Source: an uncultured bacterium (GTDB lineage Bacteria > JAGOEH01). Taken from it: 64,000 bases of DNA. Of this stretch, positions 35,984-46,326 are shown one piece after another (the first letter of the stretch is position 1; every line of letters begins with the position of its first letter). Position numbers and translations under genes: made by a program. Below the pieces are notes generated by a model that saw only the letters and a list, made by a program, of their open reading frames with translations, was not told the origin of the DNA and searched no databases. The DNA lies in NCBI GenBank assembly GCA_964632485.1, contig CAZWDO010000003.1, positions 120,690 through 184,689 of the forward strand. The letters run 5' to 3'.

Positions 35984-37078
35984 TTAATGACCGATTACGC
36001 TGGCAATATCCATTTGAAATCGGTCGAGTTGGTGTATATTAATTAAAAAATTGATAAAAATCAATGGTAAATTAAAATTTCTTTTAATTAAAAATTTGAG
36101 CTTGTCTAACGTATAAATAATTTGTTCCAATTGATCCAGATCGAATTTAAGCTGCAAGGTTGCAAAGAAATGCTGATAGGGAGATGGTAAACGGTTGCTA
36201 AGTTTAAGGTATTCTTTGAAATAGAATTGCAGGGAGAGAATAATCCATTCTTTACATTGATCGGAAAAATCGTCAAATTGTTGGGTTAAATCCCGGGCGA
36301 TGAAAAAATTGAGGTTGGATAACGCCCGGAATAGTGTCTGGACATAATCAATAATTCGTTCGAAATCTTCTGGTGGAAAAATATAGAGTCTCCCAATGGC
36401 CCCATTTGTAAGAAATACAACAATATCTTCGGCAGGCAATCGGATATCTGGATGATCGGATATAAAGCGTTTCACTTTTTCCGGCGCCAATGGATAAAAT
36501 GGAATATGTCGGCAGCGGGAATGAATGGTTGCTGGAAGATTCTGGGTGTCTGTCGAACTCAAGATAAAGACAGTGTTGGAAGGCGGTTCCTCAAGGCTTT
36601 TCAGCAGAGCGTTGGCGGCCTCGCTGTTCATGCGCTCCGCTTGAACGAGTATGACTATTTTAAAGGCGCTTTCGTGAGGCGCCATATTGATAAAGTGAAT
36701 GATCTCTTTAACTTGGGAAAGTGTAATCAAGGCGTTAAAGTCGGAATGAAGGGGGAGCCAGGGAGTGTCAATGCGCTGATGGATAATTTGAGCCGTATTT
36801 GCATCTTTTTTTTGGGGAAAAACAATTTTTACGTCTGGATGCGACCATTGATCGATTTTTTTGCAGGATCGGCATTCACCGCATGGAGCGAGTCCCTTAG
36901 GAGCCAGACACATTAATCGCTGGGCAAATAATTGCGCCATTTGGGATTTCCCCAGCCCCTCCGCTCCGTGGAAAAGGTAGCCATGGGCAATCGTCTGGGA
37001 CTCTATATCGTGTTGCAATAATTGACGCGCCATTTCTTGTCCGGGAATTTCTTCGAATTTCATGGTTGACTCAGCCAA
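35984..37078 (-). CDS. holB: DNA polymerase III subunit delta-prime
   Basis: GYLFHGAEGLGKS, a zinc-binding CxxC cluster (CGECRSC), and KIVILVQAERMNSEAANALLKSLEEPP. Confidence 0.85.
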   Translation of the reverse strand: MAESTMKFEEIPGQEMARQLLQHDIESQTIAHGYLFHGAEGLGKSQMAQLFAQRLMCLAPKGLAPCGECRSCKKIDQWSHPDVKIVFPQKKDANTAQIIHQRIDTPWLPLHSDFNALITLSQVKEIIHFINMAPHESAFKIVILVQAERMNSEAANALLKSLEEPPSNTVFILSSTDTQNLPATIHSRCRHIPFYPLAPEKVKRFISDHPDIRLPAEDIVVFLTNGAIGRLYIFPPEDFERIIDYVQTLFRALSNLNFFIARDLTQQFDDFSDQCKEWIILSLQFYFKEYLKLSNRLPSPYQHFFATLQLKFDLDQLEQIIYTLDKLKFLIKRNFNLPLIFINFLINIHQLDRFQMDIASVIGH

Positions 37079-38229
37079 TCCGCAGGGTTAAGATTTGTCA
37101 TGCTTTGGTAGAGAGCCAAAAAAAGTTTGATTTTTTGATCTAATATATTTTTCCCAATATTCCCAATCACCATCTGCTCGGTTACTGTTTGACCCACATT
37201 GACTGCTATTTGGCTAAGATAACCATAAACCGAATAATAACCTTGAGAATGCTCGATAATAATGAATTTTCCATAACTGCGGTGCCAGTCGGCAAAACGT
37301 ATAATGCCGGGCGCAACAGGATTGATGGGTGATTCTGAAACTAAAGGCTCAATTTCTATCCCATTCATGAATGTTTGCGTATTAAATTGCTTGTCACGCT
37401 TTTCGCCAAAGGATGTAATTATTTTCCCTTTAATCGGCCAGCGAAGTTTGCCTTTCAAGCTATTGAAATCGTATTGCAGAACTTTTAACGGATTTATTCG
37501 TTCCTGCCGGGCAGTTTCAAAATTTTTTAACCAGTCTTGAATCAGTTGCCGATCTTGCAGTTGCTCTTCATAATATTGGGTCAGTAACTCTTTTTGTTCC
37601 GTGATTCGTATTATACTTTCCCGGAGTCTTTTTTGCTCTTCCATTAAATTTTTTGCGGTATGTTTCTGTTTTTCCCGTAAGCTTATCAACTCCTGTTGGT
37701 TGTATTTTAATTCCCTGACCTGGTCGTTTATTTGTTGAAGTGTATCCTTCAACTCCTGTATGAGATAGAACTGATAGAGACTTAAGCTTTTAAAATAAAT
37801 TGATTGTCTGACAATCTGTAATAAATTTTGATCGGGAACCAAAAGCAATTTTTTTTCTTGCTTCAGAGATGAATAATAGACCGGGAGAATTTGAGCCATA
37901 CGTTCCTGTAACGTGATTTTGCGATTTTTTTGCGTCATCGTTAACGAGCTTAGCGTATCTAAGCGGATTTCCAACATGGAGAGGTGTTTGGTTATTTCTT
38001 GAAAATATTTTTCTGATAAGTGAATTTTTTCCGTTTGCAGCGCTAATTGTCCCGAAAGGGCGTTATTCTTTAGGGCTAATTGATCTATTTTATTTTTTTG
38101 TTCTTCTATTGCTTGCTCAAGGGAATCCAATTGTTTTTTTTTATCGGTGTATGATAGATGTTCCCCAAACAGTTGCGTTATAAATGTAAGGAATATAAGC
38201 CCGAAAATAATAAAATTAAATTTTATCAT
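37060..38229 (-). CDS. EnvC-like coiled-coil murein hydrolase activator with C-terminal M23/LytM domain
   Basis: It has an N-terminal TM and about 250 aa of coiled coil. The C-terminal M23 pattern reads GIEIEPLVSESPINPVAPGIIRFADWHRSYGKFIIIEHSQGYYSVYGYL. It overlaps the end of ftsX by 4 nt. Confidence 0.8.
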   Translation of the reverse strand: MIKFNFIIFGLIFLTFITQLFGEHLSYTDKKKQLDSLEQAIEEQKNKIDQLALKNNALSGQLALQTEKIHLSEKYFQEITKHLSMLEIRLDTLSSLTMTQKNRKITLQERMAQILPVYYSSLKQEKKLLLVPDQNLLQIVRQSIYFKSLSLYQFYLIQELKDTLQQINDQVRELKYNQQELISLREKQKHTAKNLMEEQKRLRESIIRITEQKELLTQYYEEQLQDRQLIQDWLKNFETARQERINPLKVLQYDFNSLKGKLRWPIKGKIITSFGEKRDKQFNTQTFMNGIEIEPLVSESPINPVAPGIIRFADWHRSYGKFIIIEHSQGYYSVYGYLSQIAVNVGQTVTEQMVIGNIGKNILDQKIKLFLALYQSMTNLNPADWLSQP

Positions 38230-39104
38230 AAGGTAATCTGTTCAGAGGATTGGGTGTTGAGAATTTTTAGAGCAATAGGGAACGGCAAAACAGCATATAT
38301 TAGAAATAACGCGAAAGCCGAAAGTGGAAGAAAACCGGAATAGACCGATTGTTGAAGTTCCTGGACAAAAAAAAGTATAAATCGATAAGCGCTAAATGAA
38401 CAGAAAGCGGTAATAAAAACTAATTCACACCAATATGGGAAGGCGAACGTAAATAGAGAAAGTCCGTTAATTCTATAGAACCGTAAGGTGGTTTGACTGT
38501 TTTGCAAGTTGTAATAACAAAGGGCGGTAATTGTAAAAAGACTGGTTATTAAGAGGGCAAGAAGTAGAATACAACTTCCCATCAATAATGTGCGGAATAA
38601 TTTATACCAATGGGAGTAGAAAATAAAGTCTTTGAATTCTCCCTGAACACCCTGAAACTGTTTGAGTTCACTAATGAATTTATTGATATCGGCTTGTTTA
38701 AAAAAAAATGGAGCGAGAACGATCCGAATCGATGCAGGTAAGGGGTTCGTTTCTGTAAAATCCATTACATTCCAACCCAGAATTTCATTGAGAGTTTGCA
38801 TTGCTTGATCGGGTGAGATAAAACTGACGGAATCGACTATTGGTTGGGCAGTCAAATATTCAATAATTTGCGTTTTCTCTTTCTCCGAAGTCGAATCGGA
38901 AAGAAATAGTTCAAGTTGCATGCCCTGTTGCCATTCCAGATAGCGTTGGTAGCCCCCGTAACTGATAAATGCGATTGACTGGATAAGCAGGCAATACGAG
39001 AATAAAGTGATCAGGAAGAAAACATACGTCAGGGGATGGTTTTTTAGGTGGTGTAGGGATTCCTGAATCCAAAGAATAAAATGTAATTTACTCATCGGCA
39101 GCAA
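38226..39104 (-). CDS. ftsX: Cell-division ABC permease FtsX
   Basis: One TM, a periplasmic loop, then three C-terminal TMs. It lies downstream of the FtsE-like gene and upstream of envC-like. Confidence 0.8.
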   Translation of the reverse strand: MLPMSKLHFILWIQESLHHLKNHPLTYVFFLITLFSYCLLIQSIAFISYGGYQRYLEWQQGMQLELFLSDSTSEKEKTQIIEYLTAQPIVDSVSFISPDQAMQTLNEILGWNVMDFTETNPLPASIRIVLAPFFFKQADINKFISELKQFQGVQGEFKDFIFYSHWYKLFRTLLMGSCILLLALLITSLFTITALCYYNLQNSQTTLRFYRINGLSLFTFAFPYWCELVFITAFCSFSAYRFILFFVQELQQSVYSGFLPLSAFALFLIYAVLPFPIALKILNTQSSEQITL

Positions 39105-39753
39105 GACCGGTTGGTGTTAACTGATAATTACATGTCGGCGCGGGGAAATGGAGTGGGGTATGACCGGTTGTGATCCAGGAGGTTCCGTAGTTGAGAGAAT
39201 CAGTAATAAATTCCTGGAAAAAGGGTAATTGATCCTGATTAAGATTATGCAGGGGTTGATCTGCAAAAACCAGCAGTGGTTGATGGATGACAGATAACGC
39301 GAAAGCCAAGCGTTGAAGCTCATTGGGTGTCAGTCTGTCTGTCTGTTGGTTTTTATGGCTTAATAGTTGGCAGCGATAAAGCATGGCCTCACAGTTTTTC
39401 TTCTGTCCTTTTTGGAAACCGTTCCAATAACGTAATAAGAGCAGCAGGTTGTCCAGAACGGAGCGGTCGCGGCAAAAAAGGGGTGGAGAAAGCATCAAGC
39501 CACGGGCTTTTTTAAAAAAAAAAGAGACTTTTCCCCGCGCCTGTGGGTAAATCATTTCATCCTGAAAGTATAGTTCTCCACCGCTTGGTTTTTTTATCAA
39601 ACACAACGAATGAAGTAATGTTGTTTTTCCGATAGATTCTGCTGTGTAGATATGGTAGTGCCGGCCTCGTTCAACCGTAAGTTGTATGTTGGTGAACATG
39701 GGGACGCTTTTCGAGAGGATAACGTTAAGGTTCCGGCAAATATAGAGGCTCAT
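39088..39753 (-). CDS. FtsE-like ABC ATPase with degenerate catalytic motifs
   Basis: It aligns with FtsE, but Walker A is TAESIGKTT (not GxSGxGKST), the signature is LTPNE (not LSGGQ), and Walker B is LLVFADQP (catalytic Glu replaced by Gln). The H-loop GHT is retained. Confidence 0.7.
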   Translation of the reverse strand: MSLYICRNLNVILSKSVPMFTNIQLTVERGRHYHIYTAESIGKTTLLHSLCLIKKPSGGELYFQDEMIYPQARGKVSFFFKKARGLMLSPPLFCRDRSVLDNLLLLLRYWNGFQKGQKKNCEAMLYRCQLLSHKNQQTDRLTPNELQRLAFALSVIHQPLLVFADQPLHNLNQDQLPFFQEFITDSLNYGTSWITTGHTPLHFPAPTCNYQLTPTGLAADE

Positions 39754-40919
39754 GGATTTGGCGCAATGAAAGAGAGATAAAGCGCGAGCGCCCGATTAAG
39801 GTGTGATTCGCTGATACGGAATTGAGGATGATGTCCTGGAAACGTGATTCCGTTCGCATTGTCGCGAACTCCCAGGCGGAACATAGCTCCGCGTGAATGT
39901 TGTAAGTAGAAAGCAAAATCATCGCCACCCAGGGAAGGTGTTTCTATATATGTCAACCCGTCCAGGTGATATGAGCGGGAAGAAAAGGCTGCGGCTTGTT
40001 CGACCAGGGTTAGATCATTGATAACAGCAGGACAGCTTTCGTTGAATTGGATGAGCGCTTGGGCTTCATTAGCAGAAGCAATGCCATTGATGATTTGTAG
40101 AAACCGGTTTTTAATGCGGTCTACCAAATGGGCATCAGTCAGGCGCAATGTCCCCTTGAATTCAACTTGTTCCGGAATGATATTGCGCGCGGTTCCTGCT
40201 TGAAATTGGCCAACGGTGAGGGCTAATGGGGTGTTTGGATTGTTAAAACGGCTGGCAATCGTTTGCAGGGCCATGATGATTTCGGAAGCGATGACGATTG
40301 GATCGTTTGCCTCGTTGGGACGGGCAGCGTGGCCTCCTCTGCCGATAACAGTTACATCAAAATTGTAGACATAAGCGGTAAGAATATTTTTGCGTAACCC
40401 GATAATTCCAGAATCTAAATTTGTATCAACATGGAAGGCAAGGGTGAAGTTGACTTTAGGGTTGTTCATAACGTCCTGATTAATAACGACCGGGGCGCCT
40501 GTGGGTGATCCTTCTTCGTTGGGTTGAAAAATAACTTTAAGAGCGCCATTTAAGTTAGCCCGCTGTTCGTTTACCACTCGGGCAAGAACAAGGGCAATCG
40601 CGGTATGGGCATCATGTCCGCAGGCATGCATGCGGCCTGGATGGCGTGAAGAAAAAATCTCCCCGCTGTTTTCTTGGATTGGCAATGCATCAATATCGGC
40701 CCGGATAGCCCAAACTGGTCCTTTTCCATGGCCTTCAATGAACGCCAGCGCGCCTGTTGGATCCAGTAACCGATGGGGTATATTATGATTCAGCAAATAG
40801 TTGTGGATGAATTCCGTGGTTTTAAATTCCTGATATCCCAATTCCGGGATTTGATGTAAGTAACGACGAATTTCAACGATCTCGTCCTGGCACGCTTGAG
40901 CGATTTGATTGATTTCCAT
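39750..40919 (-). CDS. M20-family amidohydrolase (N-acyl-L-amino acid amidohydrolase / hippuricase type)
   Basis: MHACGHDAHTA, 389 aa. Confidence 0.85.
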   Translation of the reverse strand: MEINQIAQACQDEIVEIRRYLHQIPELGYQEFKTTEFIHNYLLNHNIPHRLLDPTGALAFIEGHGKGPVWAIRADIDALPIQENSGEIFSSRHPGRMHACGHDAHTAIALVLARVVNEQRANLNGALKVIFQPNEEGSPTGAPVVINQDVMNNPKVNFTLAFHVDTNLDSGIIGLRKNILTAYVYNFDVTVIGRGGHAARPNEANDPIVIASEIIMALQTIASRFNNPNTPLALTVGQFQAGTARNIIPEQVEFKGTLRLTDAHLVDRIKNRFLQIINGIASANEAQALIQFNESCPAVINDLTLVEQAAAFSSRSYHLDGLTYIETPSLGGDDFAFYLQHSRGAMFRLGVRDNANGITFPGHHPQFRISESHLNRALALYLSFIAPNP

Positions 40920-41939
40920 TTATAATTCCATTTTATAATGTTGCCGGTAATAAAGGCGGAATTGTGAATCTTTTAGCGGGCGCCACCATTCGGGATGGGA
41001 ACGGTACCAATCAACCGTGAGAGCGATTCCATGCTGAAAATCAACTCTCGGTATCCAACCCAATTTGTTGATTTTATCGATAGATACGGCGTATCGTTGA
41101 TCATGGCCGGGTCTTAATCCTTTTACTGGATGAATCAGGGATTGAGGCTTGCCGGTAAGTTCCAGGATGGCTTGGGTAACGGTGACGTTGGTAATTTCAG
41201 GATTTTGATTGGCGCCAATATTATAAACCTGGCCGGGTTCCCCTTTGGAGATGATATCGAGAATAGCCCGGCAATGGTCATCCACATAAAGCCAATCGCG
41301 GATTTGTGTACCGCCATCGTACAGGGGTAGCGGTTTATCTTCCAGGGCATTGGTGATAAAAAGGGGAATGATTTTTTCAGGATATTGAAATGGTCCGTAA
41401 TTGTTTGTGCAACGGCTGATAGTAACGGGTAGCCCATACGTATGATAAAAGGCCAAAGCCTGGAGATCGCCTCCGGCTTTGGATGCGGCATAGGGGCTAC
41501 TTCCGGTTAAGGGGAAGCTTTCAGTTGCAAATTGGCCGATAGGAATATCGCCATAGACCTCGTCTGTGCTCACCTGGTGAAAACGGCGAATATGTGAATG
41601 GTTGCGCATTGCTTTAAGGAGGACATAGGTGCCATACACATCTGTTTGTATAAACGGAGCGCCGTCGAAATTGACAGAACGGTCAACATGGGTGTCCGCG
41701 GCAAAATTAATTATGATATCCACATCGTTTAATAGGCTATCAATGAGGGCAAAATCGCAAATATCGCCATGGATAAACCGGTAGCGGGTGTCGAGGTCGA
41801 ATTCCTTGAGATTTTCCGGATTACCGCAATACGTTAATTTATCAAGATTTAGCAGAGTAGCTGAGGGTTCATGAGCCAGTAAATGGCGGATGAAATTAGC
41901 GCCGATGAACCCGGAACCGCCAGTAATTAAATAGCGCAT
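40920..41939 (-). CDS. rfbB: dTDP-glucose 4,6-dehydratase
   Basis: MRYLITGGSGFIGANF, YAASKAGGD, and the full-length RfbB pattern. Confidence 0.9.
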   Translation of the reverse strand: MRYLITGGSGFIGANFIRHLLAHEPSATLLNLDKLTYCGNPENLKEFDLDTRYRFIHGDICDFALIDSLLNDVDIIINFAADTHVDRSVNFDGAPFIQTDVYGTYVLLKAMRNHSHIRRFHQVSTDEVYGDIPIGQFATESFPLTGSSPYAASKAGGDLQALAFYHTYGLPVTISRCTNNYGPFQYPEKIIPLFITNALEDKPLPLYDGGTQIRDWLYVDDHCRAILDIISKGEPGQVYNIGANQNPEITNVTVTQAILELTGKPQSLIHPVKGLRPGHDQRYAVSIDKINKLGWIPRVDFQHGIALTVDWYRSHPEWWRPLKDSQFRLYYRQHYKMEL

Positions 41940-41948
41940 AGTGTAACC

Positions 41949-42458
41949 TCAGTTCAACAGGTCAAGCAGCGCCTGCCCGAAAGGAATGGCGAATTCAGGC
42001 CCGGCGGCTGTAATGATGAATCCATCAACTTCCACACCATTGTCTGTAAATATGGCTCCGTTACGAGTCAAATTGCTCTTTTCTCCAGGCCAGGATGTTG
42101 CGCGTTTCCCCTGTAATACTCCTGCATTAGCCAGAATAGATGGCGCAATACATATTGCCGCCAAAGGTTTGTTGACAGTAGCCGCTTGGCTGGCGAGGTG
42201 GATGGCGGTTGGATCGTCGAAATATTCTGTTGCGCCGGCTCCGCCGATGAAAACAACCGCTTCATAGTTTGAAACCACTATTTCGTTCAATAACCACTTA
42301 GCTTGCGCTTTGGCGCCCAGCATCCCCGTGATTTCACCTATACGGCTGGACGCCGTTTCGATCTCGAATCCTCCGTCCTCAAGGATGCGTTTGGGTTCCA
42401 GGTATTCTTCATCTCTAAATTTTTGTGATGCGATTATAAAAATAATTTTCTTCTTCAT
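41949..42458 (-). CDS. DJ-1/PfpI family protein
   Basis: AICIAPSILANAGVL nucleophile-elbow region, 169 aa. Confidence 0.8.
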   Translation of the reverse strand: MKKKIIFIIASQKFRDEEYLEPKRILEDGGFEIETASSRIGEITGMLGAKAQAKWLLNEIVVSNYEAVVFIGGAGATEYFDDPTAIHLASQAATVNKPLAAICIAPSILANAGVLQGKRATSWPGEKSNLTRNGAIFTDNGVEVDGFIITAAGPEFAIPFGQALLDLLN

Positions 42459-42618
42459 GGGTATCTCCTTTTAATTCTTGAAACCCTTCATTAACTTACG
42501 ATTGGGTTTATGATTAGACCGCGCGCTGATTCGCATGAGGACTTTTCACATTTCATCCATTATTAGCGCTTTGTATACCCGTTAAGCCGGATTGAAAGAC
42601 CTGAGAAATTTTCTGTTG

Positions 42619-43575
42619 TCAATAGACCAGGTTGATTAAATAAGGGATGGCGCGTTGCTTAAATATTTTATCTTGCTCACTGGTTTCTGGTAAAAGCCGT
42701 AATCTGCGGAATTCAAGAATGGCTTCGGGAATTTGTTTGCTTTGCGTATAGGAGATTGCGAGTTCAAGACAGACTTCAAAGTCTTTGGGATACAAGTATT
42801 TGGCATGTTCAAGGTCGGCAACCGCATCTTTCTCCTTCGCTGATTTTATGCCATACACCCATAGCAGTAAGCGTGGGTATTCCATCAGGTCCAAGTGCCA
42901 ACGGGATGATAGAATAATAGCGTGCTTGTTTTGTGGGTCTATAGTCAATATTTGCTCGATTGTCTTTTTGGCCAGTTTAAGATATTTTTTGCGTGAAAAC
43001 AACCCTCTGTTATGATTGATGATCATTGATAAGCGCGCTTTTGCAAAGAGTAGGTCCAGGCTTTCAGGATTTTTTAAAAGCTGGTCCTCCAGTAACGGCA
43101 TAATTTCATTTTTAAGCTTTAGCTGGCCATCTTCATCGGGCGGAATCCCTAAAAAACTATGGGCGATGACATAGTTTTGGATATCCTGATCTTTGTTGGT
43201 ATGGCTTGTATCGTACTGAAAAAAAAGTTCATAGTAATGAATAGCGGTTTCATAATCATTTGCTTCATAAGACACGGCTGCAGTTTGGTAAAGAAATTGC
43301 TGGATTTGGATATAGATTTCCGGACGTTTCAACGAATCGATGGGTTGAGTGATAAGCAGGGATTCAACGACAGGCGAGGATGGAAGCTTAGGAGTCGGTT
43401 TAGCATGTATTGAATCTTTTTTGGGAGGAGGAGAAATAATTCCCTCAATGGGAATGGGAGTTAAGAGTATGGAATCGGATCCATCTGCCGGTTCCTGTTG
43501 AGTCGAATCTGTTTGCGCCCGAAGAGGGGCTGACAGAAACCAAGTTAGAATTAAGATAAAAAAAGTGAATCTCAT
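42619..43575 (-). CDS. Secreted hypothetical helical (TPR-like) protein
   Basis: The start is at the Met at 43575 (MRFTFFILILTWFLSAPLRAQ), which follows AAGGA. This avoids overlap with the SDR gene. Confidence 0.65.
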   Translation of the reverse strand: MRFTFFILILTWFLSAPLRAQTDSTQQEPADGSDSILLTPIPIEGIISPPPKKDSIHAKPTPKLPSSPVVESLLITQPIDSLKRPEIYIQIQQFLYQTAAVSYEANDYETAIHYYELFFQYDTSHTNKDQDIQNYVIAHSFLGIPPDEDGQLKLKNEIMPLLEDQLLKNPESLDLLFAKARLSMIINHNRGLFSRKKYLKLAKKTIEQILTIDPQNKHAIILSSRWHLDLMEYPRLLLWVYGIKSAKEKDAVADLEHAKYLYPKDFEVCLELAISYTQSKQIPEAILEFRRLRLLPETSEQDKIFKQRAIPYLINLVY

Positions 43576-43588
43576 AGTCCCATCCTTG

Positions 43589-44299
43589 CTAAAATAGTTT
43601 TTTCCCACTATCAACCGTGATGGTGGAACCTGTTAAATGGTGGTTTTGCATCAAAAAAAGACAGGTTTGAGCGATCGCTTCAGGGGGCACAAGTTGCCGG
43701 GTTACCGATCGTTCAACAATATGCATGGGAGTCGATTGGGTGACAATTCCCGGCGCAATTCCGTTAATGCGAAATCGAGGGCCTGCTTCTCTGGCCATAT
43801 AACGCGTACAAGTTTCCATTGCTGATTTGCTGGCGCTATAGATTGAGTACCCGGGGATTATTTTTTCAGCGTATATGTCCAATAGATTGATGATGATCCC
43901 GGGTTTTTCCTGGGTAAAATGGTTTTGTAGAATAAATAAATTAGATAAAGCCATCGGGGATAAAAAATTGATGGTCATAATCCGTTGCCATTCCTCCAAT
44001 TGAATTTCTCCGAGGGGTGTTTTTTCAAATATGGCTGCATTGTTTATCAAACCATCGATCTGGCCAACGTGAAGTAACAGTTGGGAGAATTTTTTTTCCA
44101 GGCTTGGTGTTTCAATCATATCTGCCTGCCAAAGTGTTAACGTCTCGGGGCAAACTTTTTTCAGATCGTTTAGCCAAGCTTGCTGTTCGGAAGAGATCGG
44201 AGTATGATAATGCAGAATCGGTAAAAAGTCATAGTGAATTAATTCCTGGATGATAGCTCGTCCAATAGGACTGAATGCCCCGGTGATTAGTACCTTCAT
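43589..44299 (-). CDS. SDR-family oxidoreductase
   Basis: TGAFSPIGRAI glycine-rich motif. YSASK catalytic motif. Confidence 0.85.
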   Translation of the reverse strand: MKVLITGAFSPIGRAIIQELIHYDFLPILHYHTPISSEQQAWLNDLKKVCPETLTLWQADMIETPSLEKKFSQLLLHVGQIDGLINNAAIFEKTPLGEIQLEEWQRIMTINFLSPMALSNLFILQNHFTQEKPGIIINLLDIYAEKIIPGYSIYSASKSAMETCTRYMAREAGPRFRINGIAPGIVTQSTPMHIVERSVTRQLVPPEAIAQTCLFLMQNHHLTGSTITVDSGKKLF

Positions 44300-46308
44300 A
44301 TTTCGAAAAGTTTCTTTAATTTTTCAAGATTGGGTCGCAGAGCGGCAATGTTTTGATTCGTATTATAAACGACTTTATATGTTGAATGCATCAGCTCATC
44401 AAAATTAAGCTGGTTTGTGTCGTCAAAGAATTTTATAGTGAAGGGAATTCGCAATGCAGTAAATTTATAAAGATTTTTTTTCATTTCAGAGTTGCCGAAT
44501 TCCACCAATATCAGCGCTTTCAGGTTGGATGGCGTATAATTTAGCAGCAGGTCTAACATCTCGTCAAAGGAAATAAACACAGGGATATCATCCAGGATGA
44601 TTAAGTGAAAATCAAGCATGCTCATTTTAATGATCGCATCACGAATCGTGGTGGACCGGATAATGGAAAGGCCGGGGGGTGGGGTGGCATCAAATCGGGG
44701 ATCCTGTGAAATTACAAGGGTTTTAATAACAAAACGACTGAAAAAGCGTTCAACTGAATGCGCATCAATCTCGTGATATTTGCCGATCTCTGTCAGGGTC
44801 ATCTGCTTGATTGCGAGTATCCTGGGAAGATCTTCCTCATTCATATCCCCGACAATTTGATTGATACGCTGCCGGATCATCAGTGGGGTATGCACACTAT
44901 TTGCCGGGGGGTGTTCCAGAATTTTTTCATAAATAGTACCCAGCAGCGCTTGAGATACACGGACATTCAATAGGGATCGATCTTTCGAATCGGTGGGATC
45001 CGGTTTCATATCCACTTGCAAAAAAGTGCTTATAAAGGTTTCCTCCAACGGAATCAGTGTACTTTCATTTTCATTGATGATATCTCGAAGAAAGAGAAAA
45101 AGTAAATTTGCGACTTTTTCCAATACATCGGTCAGATTTTTGCGATAGAACAGAGTCGTATAATTTTTCATTCGCAAAACGACATCTTCAATTGATTGAT
45201 AAATTATTTCGGCGGAAAACCTTTCATCTGGAAACATAAACTTAATAATTAAGAATTTTTTTAATAGCCAGTACATACGATCCAGGATTCTAACCGCTAC
45301 GAATTCATCGTTATATTCAAGAGTTGTATCAAGAAAACGGAAATGGACCTGGGTGATAAGGTGAATAAGAGGCATACTAAATTTTTTACTGTAAATGATA
45401 AGGTCAGTATATTCATCAATGACTCCGGTAATATTTTCCGGTCCGTATTTGTTATTGGCCAAAAGGATGGCGAAGATATCATTTAACAAGGACAAGCATT
45501 TGGCTTCCATAAACAGTTGATTGTTTTCAATATCGACGAATCGGCCAAGATAGGCCATTCCTTTGTCTTCACGTTCGCGATCAGTCAGAATAAAAAACTG
45601 GGAAGGAATATCTTCTTTGATATGATGATAGGTTCGGAGGATGTCCGATATGGAATAAACAGCCTTGTTTACGACCATTTTATCGATATCATTGGTGGCT
45701 GCCATGATATAGGAAAGCAGTTGAAACAATTCCTTTTTAATCTCAAGAAATTCGTAATTCTTTTCCTCTTCTGATAAAGAGCGATTACGCCCTATCCGTA
45801 TGACTTTGGTTAATAACCCTTTTATATCATTTCCCATGAGCTGGATCGTATAGTTAGGAGAAATCCAGGTAATGGTATAAAATACGAAATAAAGGCCCAA
45901 TAGGATCATTAGTAATGAAAGCAGAATAAAAGCAGTAAACGGCGCATAGGGGAGAATCTCATGGGAAATAATGCTGAAATAAGAAAAGATAGTAACGGAA
46001 ACTGAATAAGTAAAAATAAAAAGGCATTTAAAGTTATAGAAAAAGTATTTAATAACTGGGAAGTATCGGTTGCTGAACACTTCAAGGATGATAATTCCCA
46101 CGAAAATAATTGCGGTGGAAGACCCTGAAGCAATTTCCATGCTATTGCTGGCAGCGGACCAATCCAATTTCAGAACTGGTTTCAAAAAATCTAAATAGTT
46201 CATTCCCCATGCTATAAGGATATAGAATCCTTCCAGGGCAACACAACTAATAGTTAAAAAAAGAGGAAGATAAATCTGTTCATATTTCTGCTGATTGAAT
46301 TTCATCAA
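44296..46308 (-). CDS. Hypothetical membrane protein (four N-terminal TMs plus about 480-aa cytoplasmic domain)
   Basis: 670-aa ORF with no recognisable family. Confidence 0.65.
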   Translation of the reverse strand: MMKFNQQKYEQIYLPLFLTISCVALEGFYILIAWGMNYLDFLKPVLKLDWSAASNSMEIASGSSTAIIFVGIIILEVFSNRYFPVIKYFFYNFKCLFIFTYSVSVTIFSYFSIISHEILPYAPFTAFILLSLLMILLGLYFVFYTITWISPNYTIQLMGNDIKGLLTKVIRIGRNRSLSEEEKNYEFLEIKKELFQLLSYIMAATNDIDKMVVNKAVYSISDILRTYHHIKEDIPSQFFILTDREREDKGMAYLGRFVDIENNQLFMEAKCLSLLNDIFAILLANNKYGPENITGVIDEYTDLIIYSKKFSMPLIHLITQVHFRFLDTTLEYNDEFVAVRILDRMYWLLKKFLIIKFMFPDERFSAEIIYQSIEDVVLRMKNYTTLFYRKNLTDVLEKVANLLFLFLRDIINENESTLIPLEETFISTFLQVDMKPDPTDSKDRSLLNVRVSQALLGTIYEKILEHPPANSVHTPLMIRQRINQIVGDMNEEDLPRILAIKQMTLTEIGKYHEIDAHSVERFFSRFVIKTLVISQDPRFDATPPPGLSIIRSTTIRDAIIKMSMLDFHLIILDDIPVFISFDEMLDLLLNYTPSNLKALILVEFGNSEMKKNLYKFTALRIPFTIKFFDDTNQLNFDELMHSTYKVVYNTNQNIAALRPNLEKLKKLFEI

Positions 46309-46326
46309 AGTAAATATAATAAGAAT

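Noticed and set aside
36452-36916. 154-aa plus-strand ORF
   Set aside because: It is fully embedded antisense in holB, which has clear family motifs.
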